Shown here in pieces: positions 51,025-62,816 of a stretch of DNA of 63,894 nt. The first letter of the stretch is position 1, and each line of letters begins with the position of its first letter. The stretch is from Microthyrium microscopicum (taxonomy: Eukaryota). The position numbers and the translations under genes are program-made. The stretch spans positions 10,337 to 74,230 of the forward strand of contig MU004240.1 of NCBI GenBank assembly GCA_010405405.1, in the 5' to 3' direction. Under the pieces are notes generated by a model, which saw only the letters and a program-made list of their open reading frames with translations, did not search any database and was not told where the DNA came from.

Positions 51025-54000
51025 TCAACCACTGCACATGACACAGGACTCGGGATTTTCAATGCTACAGGCGAGTGCTGCGTCAGCATAGATGTCGCCT
51101 TCGCGGTCTTCATCTGCGTCTTCAGCCTGCTTTGTAGCGGGTGTCTTTTCATCAAGGGAGGCAGTGGGCAGCTCTTCCTTAGAGACTGGCGCATCTGGGT
51201 TGTCAGCAGTGACGAGGCGAGGCGAGTCGCCCTCTGGAACATCAGCCTTGAATGGTGGTGCGCTGAGCGGCGTGCTGGCCTCCTTCTTTGCCTTGGAAGG
51301 TGAAGTAGTGGCAGCAGCACCGTCTGTGGCATGGCCGTTGGTGCCATTGGTGCCGTTAGTGCCGTTGGTGCCGTTAGTGGTGCCATTAGTGCCATTCTTC
51401 GCAGTTCCGTTGGTGCCATTAACACCATTGGGCGTCTTGGATGCGTACATAGGACGTGGGACGGCAGAGACCGTTCCCTGGGCAGAGCCACGCTTCTTCA
51501 TGCCTGGATGACGGGCCACATTGGTGTCGGCGACCTTGAGAGCCTCTTGGTCGACAGTGAACTGGATAGGTGCCGAAGCAGCCATGGTACGAAGATAGTA
51601 CATGCCAGTCTTGAGACCAAGCTTCCAGCCGGCAAAATGCATGCTGGTGATCTTGCCCATGGTAGGTTCCTTCATATGGATGTTGAGTGACTGGGACTGA
51701 TCGATAAATGCACCACGGTCGGCAGCCATTTGGATAACTTGACGTTGCGAGATTTCCCACACTGTCTTGTACAAAGCTTTGAGGTCGTCTGGGATGTTTG
51801 GAATGCGTTGAATGGAGCCGCCATCAGCAATGATACGGTTCTTCATGTTGTCAGACCATAGACCCATATCAACAAGATCCTTCAACAGCCAAGGGTTCAC
51901 AACCTGGAATTCTCCAGCAAGAACACGACGACTATAGATGTTGGATGTATAAGGCTCGAAGCACTCATTGAAGCCCAGAATCTGGGATGTAGATGCAGTA
52001 GGCATAGGTGCACAGAGCAATGAGTTGCGGATACCATGTTTAGCAATGTCAGCCTTCAGTGATTCCCAGTCCCAGAGATCAGTGGGGGTGATGTCCCACA
52101 TATCATACTGAAGGATTCCTTGAGAGACTGGTGAGCCTTCGTATGTGGAGTATGGTCCATCTCGCTTGGCAATCTCGCAAGACGAGGTAAGAGCAGCGTG
52201 GTAGATGGTCTCGAATATTTGAATGTTGAGTTGGCGCGCTTCTGGGGAATCGAAAGGTAGACGCAGAGCCAAGAAAGCATCTGCGAGACCTTGAACACCA
52301 ACACCAATAGGGCGATGTCTCATGTTGCTGTTGCGAGCCTCAATGACGGGATAGTGGTTGACATCAATGATCTTGTTCAAGTTGCGAATCACGACTTGAG
52401 TAATTTCATGCAGCTTCTTGAAATCATACTCGCCATTTGCAACATCCACGAAGGTAGGAAGAGCAATTGACGCCAAGTTGCAAACAGCGACCTCATCAGG
52501 CGCCGAGTATTCGATGATTTCAGTGCAAAGATTTGAGCTGCGGATTGTGCCAAGGTTCTTTTGGTTGCTCTTGCGGTTGCAAGCATCTTTGTAGAGCATA
52601 TATGGGTTGCCAGTCTCGACTTGAGCCTGAAGAATGGCATACCAAAGCTTCTGGGCGCGGATGGTCTCACGACCTCTACCTTCTTTCTCGTACCTTGATT
52701 AAGTTAGTTAAGATATTCATAGCAGTGCCTGGATACATACTTAATAAAGAGTTCCTCAAACTCATCGCCGTAGACGTCAGCGAGGCCTGGTGCTTCACTT
52801 GGACAGAACAATGTCCAGTCTGCGTTCTCTTGCACTCGCTTCATGAACAGATCTGGGATCCATAGAGCATAGAAAAGATCGCGGGCGCGGCTCTCCTCTT
52901 TACCGTGATTCTTTCGGAGATCAAGGAAGCTGAACACATCTGCGTGCCATGGCTCAAGGTAGATAGCGAAAGCACCTGGACGTTTGTTTCCACCTTGATC
53001 AACATATCGAGCAGTGGCGTCATAGCATCGAAGCATAGGAACAAGACCATTTGACGTACCATTTGTGCCGGCAATGTACGAACCAGTGGCGCGAATGCGA
53101 TGAATGTTGAGACCAATACCACCAGCAGTCTTGGAGATCATGGCACAGGTCTTGAGTGTATCATAAATACCCTCAATACTGTCTGCCTTCATATCAACAA
53201 GGAAACAAGATGAAAGTTGTGGGTTTGGTGTGCCAGCATTGAAGAGGGTAGGGGATGCGTGTGTGAAGTACTTGTTTGACATGAGGTTGTAGGTTTCGAT
53301 GACACTCTCGATATCGTCTTCGTGAATACCAACAGCCACACGCATAATCATGTGCTGTGGACGCTCAGCAACCTTGCCATCGATTCTGAGAAGGTATGAG
53401 CGTTCAAGAGTCTTGAAGCCGAAATATTGGTAGTTGAAATCACGGTCATAGACAATTGCGGAGTTTAACTCTTCTGAATATTTCATGACAATGTTGTAGA
53501 TCTTGTCCGAGATCATGGGGCTAGGCTTGTTGTTTTTTGGGTTGACATAGGTGTAGAGATCTGAAACAACAGCGGAGAACTGTTTTTTGGTTTGCTTGTG
53601 AAGATTGGAGACGGCGATACGAGCTGCAAGAATGGCGTAGTCGGGATGGGTTACGGTCATGTATGCAGCGGTTTCAGCAGCCTAATGATGTTAGGAATCT
53701 AGCTCAAATAGTGACGGTATTATCAACTCACCAAATTGTCCAACTCAACGGTTGTCACACCCTGATACACACCAGAGATGACCTTCTGGGTGATTGCAGC
53801 AGGGTCTACATGCTCAGGATCAAGACCGTAACACAGTCTTGAGACACGAGCTGTGATCTTGTCGAACTGGACGCGCTCCTTGCGGTTGTCTGCGAGGTTG
53901 GTCAGTATTTTGCCACATGGTGCCATGAGAGTAAATGAGAACTACGCGTTGCAAACTGGAGAAGACGCGTAGGGTGTAATCTATGCTAGGGAATAGAGGT

Positions 54001-54025
54001 ACATACCGCGTTTGTACACGAACAT
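51025..54025 (-). CDS. RNR1: Ribonucleotide reductase large subunit
   Basis: MFVYKR.. ATP cone, [42 protein letters not shown]-terminal CxxC; three introns. Confidence 0.98.
53944..53970. promoter_or_regulatory. Two perfect MCB (ACGCGT) sites in RNR1 intron 1
   Basis: ACGCGT at 53944-49 and 53965-70. Confidence 0.55.
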
Positions 54026-54274
54026 AGTGACAAAGGCACTTGGTAATTGAATGGATGATTGAAAGTTTGTCGATTGACTTGGAGGCAAAGCTGAACTGGG
54101 GCAGTGCAATTGTCGGTGTCAGATGTGTAAAGAGGATTTAAGAGGACCTAAGCAGTCTCTGTTGTACAGAAACGATATTGCCAGGAAATGTTGGAGGATG
54201 AGAAGTGGTGGAGGAGCTGGAGGGGTTGGTGGTGAGGAAAGAGCAAAGCAAGCCCATTAATGTAGGAAACAAAA

Positions 54275-54313
54275 GTCGCGTTCGTTGACGCGACTCGCGT
54301 GGTTGGGACGCGC
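54275..54313. promoter_or_regulatory. MCB-like (ACGCG/CGCGT) cluster upstream of RNR1
   Basis: Four CGCG cores in 40 bp, ~260 bp upstream of the ATG; MBF control of RNR large-subunit genes is established in yeasts. Confidence 0.7.
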
Positions 54314-55504
54314 TTTCCCGCTACCGCTGCCCACCGTAGCTGATTAATCCCCTGCCATTCAACCACTTACAGACCTATTGCGAGATGGGCAATCATAGAT
54401 ATCTAGTGTAGTCAAATTTCTTGATACGATTAATGGTCAACATTACATTTTCTTCATAAGTGCTGAAAGATTAGGTACTTATGGCAATCGAAGCTTCTCG
54501 GGGCTCGCTCCACGTTGCCAAACCACATATCAAAAAATGGTATGCAAAACCACACACGACAGAGATACTTCTCACGTATGCAAGTTGTTCATTCAAAGCA
54601 ATGTTTTAGTCACTTCTATTACTACCATTAGTTTTCGCTCGCTGACTACTCCGCTCGACGCCTCACAAAATCAGTCCAAGCAATCCGCTCTCAGTGTGCT
54701 CCCTAACCGCAAAGTCAAAAGCACAAAGTCCACACCTTGAAATGCCAGTAACCACAAGACTCTGGTGGATCCTTTCGATAAACCAGACGAGTCCAAGTAT
54801 CAACAATCTCGAACATACCATGGTGAAATAGAATCAGCATGTTCTGAGCACTTCTTGTTGCCGCCGGAAATGTCGAGCTCATCGTATAACAGCGCGATGC
54901 TGTAAACAATCAAATGGCACAGATTCCGTGAAGGTAGATGATTATTGGCAGTACGAGTGTTCGACTGTCAATGCATTGCTGCTGCTCAACAAAGTGTCCG
55001 GGGAGCGAGCTTTTAGCACCAGAATCCAAAGTGTTTGTCAAACCCAAACGCCAAGCAGTATGCTCCCTTCCGCAGACCTGATGAGCTAAACGATTTGTGG
55101 TGAGGGGAAATGTCTTCGAACGTCCTAGGTAGTACCGTGGTAGTCCATACTGGAAGGACGTGGTCATGATGCTTGAAAGAACTTGACATCAAGGATTATG
55201 TACTGAGAATTCAAGCGCTCGGAGTCGAAATGACGCGCTTCGTTCCCAATAAAACAAGAAAGCAGGTTAAAAATGGATCGATATATATCAAACAGCAGTC
55301 GTCATCGTGTCGTGCAATCGAATGGCTATTATATCCTGCGTTCGGGGAGAAGGAGAGGAGGAGAGGCAGGATTGCGATTTGTGTCGTGCGCAGAGCGCGA
55401 CATAGTCGAAAGTAAGGAATTGGGCCGTGTTCCAAGTGAGAGTGCGAGTGTATATCAAGATTTGGGGAATGGAAAGTAGGGTTTGCGGGAACATGGGAAA
55501 GGTA

Positions 55505-57223
55505 TTATGCTTAAAGGTGTCAGTGATGATTGATGCAGTTTGAAAAGATACATACCGCAGCAAAAGACTTTCATGAACTTCTGCCAGGCTGTGGGCTTGG
55601 GCTCGTCTTGTCCTGGCTTTGGAGGACCCTGCGGGGACTGCGACGCCACTTGGGCACCGTTTTGAAGGGTGTTGCCCCTTGACCCAAGGTTTTGGTTGCT
55701 CTGTTGGAACTGCGCAACTGTCGAGCCTTCTGGGTGCCGAAAGTCTTGAGCAGAGGCTCTTTTGGACGCAAGTGCAGGATCCGAACCATATCCAGGATCT
55801 CCAGCCCTTCGTTGACCATTTCTAGCAGCCAGCGCTTGGGCATTACGACCAGTGCCGGGTTGTTTGGGAAGATCAGCATTCAAGCGATCATGCGGGATTT
55901 GGGTCTTGTTTCGATGGACTTCTCGGTTTGATGTGTTAGGAACGTGTTGTAGATGAGCGGCAGAGGGATGCTGCTTCATGGCCTCCCAACCCTTACCATC
56001 GTTGATCTTCATCCAATCGTAGATTCCATCTTCAGTTTCTCCGGTGTTCTTGAGTGCTTGTGTGAACAAATCTCGAAGGTAGTTGTAATCTGGCTCATCT
56101 TCAAACCCAAGATTTCGAACATAACTCAAATATTTGTTGAATTCCTCTGCAACAAAAGTTAGCCACCATTTCGTGCCATGCTTTAAGGAGATATACCTGG
56201 AAAAGTCTCACAGAGATCTTTGATTGCAGTAGTCTGTTTCTTTTCACCAATCTTCTCATATTTCTGCTTGTTTGTTGCGGCTTTCAAACCCTGCCACGGT
56301 AGACCACCTCGGAGAAAGTACATGAAAACATGACCGAGTGCCTCAAGATCATCTCGTCGAGACTGTTCTCGGCCCAAATGCGTGTTGATACTCATGTAAC
56401 GAGCAGTGCCTGACAGTGACTTTCGTTCTCTGTATGGAATGTGTTGCTTCGTCTTGGGATCCCGATACTGCTTGGCCATGCCAAAGTCAACAACATGTAT
56501 GACATTTGCGGTTTTCGTGCCTGGTCGTCCAATGAGAAAATTGTCAGGTTTGATGTCGCGGTAGATGAGGTTCCGTTCGTGAATAGTTTGGACGCGAGAT
56601 AACTGAGGGGAAGATTTAGCTAGAATGGCGCAAGGCTGGACTCGAAGAACTTACCATTTGTTTTGCAACCATAACCACAGTCTTGATAGAGAACCTGCGA
56701 TGACAGTGATCGAATAAATCCTCTAGACTCGGGCCCAACAAATCAATAACGAGAATGTTATGAAGCCCTTCCTGGCCAAAATAGTATACATTTGGAATGC
56801 CGGCTACCGAAATGTTAGCAATAGAAAAGTGATGCAAGAGCATAGATCTTGATCGAGTCCGCGCAGAGGCACGGGCCATAATTTGTTGAGGCAACACGAT
56901 AAGCAAAGGGATTGTGCTAAGATTGAAGGCTCTCGAGGTATGGGAATAATGCCGGCAGTGAGGAAAACTTACGACATCCGACAAGAATTTTGTAGGTTCG
57001 GTATTCGTCTCGAAGTTGTGGGGCATCGCTTTTGCGTGGTTCCTGGTCATTGTTAGCAGGAGAAATGAAGATACTATGGACAATAGACACATACAAATTT
57101 GATGGCGACCTGTTGATTATTGAGGAGATTTGTTCCCTCGAAAATGACACCAAAAGAGCCCTCGCCAATCTTCTTCCCTACGCGGTAGTGAACTCCCACT
57201 ACGTTGGAAGAGGACGACGACAT
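55505..57223 (-). CDS. YCK1: Casein kinase I, Yck1/Yck2/Cki1 (membrane-anchored) type
   Basis: [67 protein letters not shown]-terminal di-Cys (FCCA* after the last intron). Confidence 0.93.
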
Positions 57224-58728
57224 GGCAAGGGACAATCGTAAGAACTACGGGGTTGAAGCCAGCGTGATAACAGGAATTGGAAAGGCTAACAGGACGATTG
57301 ATGAGTTGCGGTCAGGCTGGTATTGATTGTGAAGTCGCGAGGCGTGGGAACGTTGGAGCGGCGGAGTGGGAGATGGGGAGATGGGGAGAAAGGCGTAGGG
57401 GTTGCCTAGCGCTGGGTTGGGCTAAAAGAGAGAGCCAACAAAACAGAGTAGAAATGGGGTTGAGACTTGTTGCGATGGTGGTGAGATTGATGGAGCGGAT
57501 TGGAGATGGACGTCAAGGAATAGTGGACTGGTCGGGTGCCAAAGGAATCTCGTGAGAGCGGAGGAAGCTGGAAAGGAAGTTGTTGTGAGTGGAGAAGAGA
57601 AAGGCCGTTGAGGCTTGAGGGAATTGGGAAGCACCGACTGAGCGTCTGCGCCTTCCACCAAAGCAAAGCACTGCATCGCACTGGCCCAAAATGCCAAGAA
57701 CCTTCTGGCGGGCTGGCAGGCGCAGATGGGCGAATTGCGCCTGTGCGTTCGCGCTACCTGGGGCTCTCCTGCCATTTTAGGATTGGTTGTTGCAACTTCA
57801 AGAGTGCTTGCCGCTTTCGTTATAACCTCTTGTGTTCTCCTCTCACCACCATTGACCAACCTCTAGACCGCCATCTCTACACATTGACTAATGACTACAG
57901 GTCCACTGGCAAAGTCTTGGAAGTCTGATGCTATTTTCGTGATCCTGAATCTACCAAGCAGCTGAAGCTCAGAACCATCAATCTGCCAATTCAACGGACT
58001 GCAGTCGGCATAATCTGGAGGCTAGCTCTAGGGGCCTATGCCGCCATTCTGGTGGCTTTCATTATGCCCAATCTTACCCGTTACGGAGTACTCTAGTCAG
58101 AACCAGAACGCGAAATTCCATTGAGTATTTACACTAGCTTCACCTTTCTTCCTTTTCTACACGAGCAGTCACACATTGAACAACTCAACCAGCATTACCT
58201 TTCATTATGAACTCAATCGCCGCAACCTTTGGACCAAAGTCACCAATGGCACACGCATATCAGCAAATGCAACCATTCCCTGTTTAACAAACCATTGTGA
58301 GGCCATTGCCATCTTGTATCCATTTGTTCTGATGACCTTTCGCTACCAGCTCTCCCTCCCCTCATCAAAGTTATCCCAGTACCAATGTTTCAAGTCCAAT
58401 AACCTTGCCTTATTGGCTTATTTTAAGGAAAACGAACAAGCAAGTGCATGAGTAGCATTTATCTATTATTCTTCCGCATAACGCGCTTCTTCTCCTTGTC
58501 CCTACTCTGTTTTCACCATGTTGAGGCATTGGGAAATTAGTATCAGTACCTATTTGGTACACTGAAGGCGAGTCGGAACCAAACTGCAGTTTGAACCTGC
58601 CTCTAGACTAATCAACAAACCACAGGGCTTTTTCCGAAGACATTCCACTTCAGATTATTCTTGTTCTGCAATCCAGTACATTGACGCGTCGATAGTTCAT
58701 CGAATGCAATAGAAAGTATGCTGCCTCC

Positions 58729-58941
58729 CAAAGGGTCGACAAAGTAAATGGCGCGCTCCCAACAAGTGCGATGGCTCCCATATAAGACGATCTGCTATCA
58801 AGTGCTTTATTTGCCATAGAGCGCGTTCAGACTTCGATTATTTATCGAATGCGATGGGAAATATAACACATTTGAATTAACAACGTTCGTGGGAGCCATC
58901 GACGCTGATGGGAGAACGCCAGTTATTTTGTTCATCGGTTG
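58729..58941. mobile_element. Fold-back element family copy, 213 bp, TSD CCTCC (opposite orientation to the 42.5 and 43.3 kb copies)
   Basis: CCTCC at 58724-28 and 58942-46; core collinear with the reverse complement of 43334-43538. Confidence 0.85.
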
Positions 58942-59131
58942 CCTCCCAGCATACTTCATTTAGAAAACCATCAGCGACACTTCATGATGGAAGGACGTCC
59001 CTTATTTCAGGCTTAATTCCTTGAAACATGTCATTAATGATTGATTTCTATTATTCTAACGAGTGACAAGCGTTTATCGGTCGTGCCCCAAAGAAACAGT
59101 TTCTAACCTGCTACTCCAACCAGCTGCACGC

Positions 59132-60754
59132 TCAGAAAGGAGTTTCGAAGGGTCTCTCTGCTTGAGGAGTTATTCGAGCAAGATGTCGTCTTTGACCATC
59201 GTCCCAATCGATCAACGCGGAATGAGCCGTGACTCGGTTCTAATTTATGCAATGTTAACAACCTGATTCGTTGACCACGGGAATTCAAGAGTTGTAACTT
59301 ACATCCCAGACCACGACGGTTCCTGGAGCCCACTTGACTCTGGCTTGAAAATCAGCACCCTTGGAGATGTGATCGTAGAGGAAGCGTAACAGATAGTCGC
59401 TTTCTTCCTTCTTGAGCTGAGGGATACGGCGGGTGACTATCAGACGAGTTAGATTTTGCGGAACATAAGAGCAGGGAAAACATACACTGTGGGTTCACGA
59501 AGAGTGCTTTCTCTCCAGTGGACTAGATGTTGTCAGACTCTATGCTTCGATATCACACATCTCGTCTTTTTGCGATAAGCTTACTGGATGTGTGCGAATG
59601 AGCGGATGCTCAGATGTGATCGGCTCTCTGCGAACAATGCCACCACGCTGCTTGCTGTTATTCGCCTGCTCGTGTGCAGAGTGAATAGCAGTCAGTCCGT
59701 GGAGCCGCTTTTGGAAGTCCGGTGAGAGTCTCTTGTACGCCGCAGCCTGGTTCACGAAGAGAGTATCACCACCAGCAGCCGGACCATCAAGGAGATAAAG
59801 GAAGGTGGTTCCAGGGGGTTGGTTCTCATATCTATTCCATATCAGTTAATTTGACTCCGTATCATCTTCAGAGCTACACTTACGTGACATCAGAGTGCCA
59901 TCTCACCGAATTGGTATTCTCTACAAAAAAGTCCCGAGCAGTAGTATCATCCGCGCCTCGATGGACGAGATGAACCTCTGGATGGTCTGCAGGTGCTCCA
60001 CTAGCAGGATGGATATGATGGCGTCCAAAGTAGCCGCCAAAGTCTAGTGCTTCCTGGATGGGAATGTCGGCAAAGTCTTGATCTCTGAATGCTACGACCT
60101 TGCGCTCGGCGACAAATCGAGCTAGTTCGTCTTTGCCGGCGTCGGTCAACTTGCTTAGCTGGATGCCATGGACTTCTGAGCCAGTGTTTCCGGTCAACTC
60201 GACAACTCTGGAAGCACCACCGAGGAGATTCGGGTATGACGTATCTGCGTCTTTGCCATGCTCGATATGCTCGAATGGTTGAAGTGGTGGGTATGCTAAT
60301 AGGTGTCAATGACTAGGAAGGAAACCGACCAGTGGACGAAAATCCGGTGTAAACCAATCATCTCCAATGACTTCCAATTACCACGCTGCTAGTTCAGATT
60401 ACATATGCCCCATCAGATGTTTATTGTTCAATGACACTTGATAGGAGATATAGCAGTCACTACTTTAAAGTGGTGATGGCGGCCATCATCGTCAATGGGA
60501 GCGTGCTCTTTCAACCACCTGTTAGTTGTCTTGAGTACTCTGGGTTTCTTACTCTTGTTCGCGTCCCAGGTTGGTAGATAATGCTTATACTTGGCAGCTG
60601 GTTGCGTTTCGGTTCCCTTCTCTTCAGCTTCCTTGCTATATACCTTTGGACCGGAGACAAAGGCTTCTGAGTATTGGGTGGGACCTGTTGGTGGTTCACG
60701 GAGTGCGTGAGTGAACACTCCAGAGGCAACATCAGCTGGTGGAGGAGGAGCCAT
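59132..60754 (-). CDS. Alpha-ketoglutarate-dependent sulfonate/taurine dioxygenase (TauD/Jlp1 family)
   Basis: GSEVHGIQLS, VAFRDQD, WHSDVT (HxD), GGDTLF, HPLIRTHP, LFVNPQF, ERPFETPF*; multiple introns. Confidence 0.92.
60325..60525. mobile_element. Degenerate fold-back family copy inside TauD intron 1
   Basis: agcagtcact...gatggcggccatc...atgggagcgtgc matches the right arm of the 45.8-kb and other copies; the host intron is 257 nt versus ~50-60 nt for its neighbours. Confidence 0.55.
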
Positions 60755-61921
60755 AGTTTTTCAGTATCTCGTTGAGAGGTGGTTATGCAGTGACTTGATT
60801 GAATAACAGATGTCTGAAAACAGCAACTGAATGTTCAAGTTTAAATGTAGAACAGGTACCATAGCACCGGTAAATATATTTAAATGTAAGGAAACAGCCG
60901 TGATCGGTTCATGTTAGAGTATGAGCCAAATTGCGAAATATATTCGCCATTCTTGCGACTCGTGGGGACGATCAGACGTTTTGACCATGATAGCTGTTGT
61001 AAGATAATGACAATTCTACTACTTTACAGCGCTCCAGGTCGTCCTCGTGCAACTCAACGCTTTGGTTCTGGTTTATTATCGTATTTCTGCAGCCCTGTGA
61101 AAACTCACTTGACTTTTCGAGTCTTTCCATAATCAAAACATTCCATTCTTCCATCATCATTATGATAACAGTGCACGACCGAAGCATCCATCTGCTTCAG
61201 GGCACTAACCTATAAAATCCCAACCGCCCCCATGTCAGATAGAGATACGTCCAACGATTATGGAAGATTTTGAGTTTGCCTCTTTGTATCCGGGAATATC
61301 GGAGAGCTATCGGAGTGAAGTTGGCAGATAACTTAATTCATTGGATAGTTGGTATGTACCGTGATGTTTGACATCTCCACTGGCAGTTATGATGTTGATA
61401 TAACCTGAAAGCACGCAATCATATACGTTGCTGACAACTTCGTCAATCATGTACCCCGCAAGGTGGACCAACTTCAATTCTAACTTTAATCTAATCTTTA
61501 CTTGAATAAGAGAATGGTACCGAGTGTGCCTTTCTTGCTTTCAGGGCGTTGTATCATGATTCGAGACGGGACAAGCGAGACATTTTTGGCCCAGCTTCCA
61601 CCAACGGCGACGTTCTCCACCAATGCTACTAAAGACAAAAGGCTATATTTTCCATCACACTATAACGAGTCAGAACATGACCTTGGAGGCAAACACAGTG
61701 ATCATATCTAAATAGAGCAGTTTGTTTTATCCTATAAGCTTGAGAAAGTCATACATTGCGGATACCCATCTTAACAATCAGCGATAACGACAACAATCCA
61801 CTTGATTTGAAAGCAACTGCTTGATTTGTTTTTTTTTCCATTACCATTTAATTTATGAAATCAGCTTTGTGAAAATAAGCACTGTCCATTGAAGTCTTGT
61901 CCATGTTATAATGTAGTCACT

Positions 61922-62135
61922 CTAACGGGTCGGCAAAATAAATGGCGCGCTCCCATGTGCCTCGTTGGCTCCCAAACGCTACGATCTTTTATCGCAATGC
62001 TTTATTTACCATTAAAGATATTCAGATTCGAGCAATTTATCGAGTACAATGGAAATATAGTATTTCTTGCTCAAGAGCGTTGGTGGCAGCCATCAGAGTT
62101 GATGGTAGAACGCCATTTATTCTGCCGTGCCGTTG
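61922..62135. mobile_element. Fold-back element family copy, 214 bp, TSD TCACT
   Basis: cggcaaaataaatggcg / cgccatttattctgccg arms; TCACT at 61917-21 and 62136-40. Confidence 0.85.
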
Positions 62136-62387
62136 TCACTCAAAACGAGCCAACTGTTTTGGCTGTTGGTCAAACAGCTTCTGAAGTGTTGATTCTCCCC
62201 AAATATTAGTCATGAAGTAAGCCTATGCTACTAATGTTTGGGCTCCTCGAAATCGTTGTGGTTTGTTCTTCTTCGGCGCGATATAATCTGGAGAAAGGTG
62301 CAAAAGGTCAAAGTTTCCAGGACTTTAGGACTAACACTACACTCATGATATATTCAAAAATAAGCGAAATTAGTCTTACAACGTCTA

Positions 62388-62485
62388 GGGGCCGTAGCAC
62401 AGTGGTAGCGCGCGTCATTTGCAGTCAGTTTACCGACTTTGAATGAATCTTGACGAGGTCTTGGGTTCGATCCCCAACTGCTCCA
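62388..62485 (+). tRNA. tRNA-Ala (TGC) with 26-nt intron (62424-62449)
   Basis: Acceptor GGGGCCG/CTGCTCC-A with G3:U70, D loop AGTGGTA, anticodon stem CGTCA/TGACG around TT-TGC-A, T arm TTGGG-TTCGATC-CCCAA, downstream T runs. Confidence 0.9.
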
Positions 62486-62816
62486 GCACCATAACTTTTG
62501 ATGTTTTCATTTTTTTGCTCGCCTTTACTTTTCTGGCTCTGAGGCTAGAGTTGTAGCTTTTTTGCTTTGTTCTCCGTTAGGAAATGGTGGCGTAACGGTG
62601 AGATAATGCGGGAACGCACTAAAAACTATGAGTTAACAAGCAGGAAGGGATGTCGTAGATTATTCATTAAATATATAGTTTAACTCCTTGATAGCCTTAG
62701 AGTAATTGCTTCTCTTTTCAATGACGCTGGAGAAAAGCACTAGGTAAGAACATTACTTATAGATGGAAGAGCGCAATTTTAAGTTTTCATTTACATACCT
62801 ATTATCGTATCTTTTG

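Noticed and set aside
51330..51430. NGT tripeptide repeats in the RNR1 C-terminal insertion
   Set aside because: Common low-complexity motif in fungal proteins.
47486..53122. Antisense ORFs over BRF1 and RNR1
   Set aside because: Shadows of codon bias and low-complexity coding on the opposite strand.
47538..62485. BRF1 near a tRNA gene, or RNR1/CK1/TauD as a functional cluster
   Set aside because: Unrelated housekeeping functions; proximity is plausibly chance.
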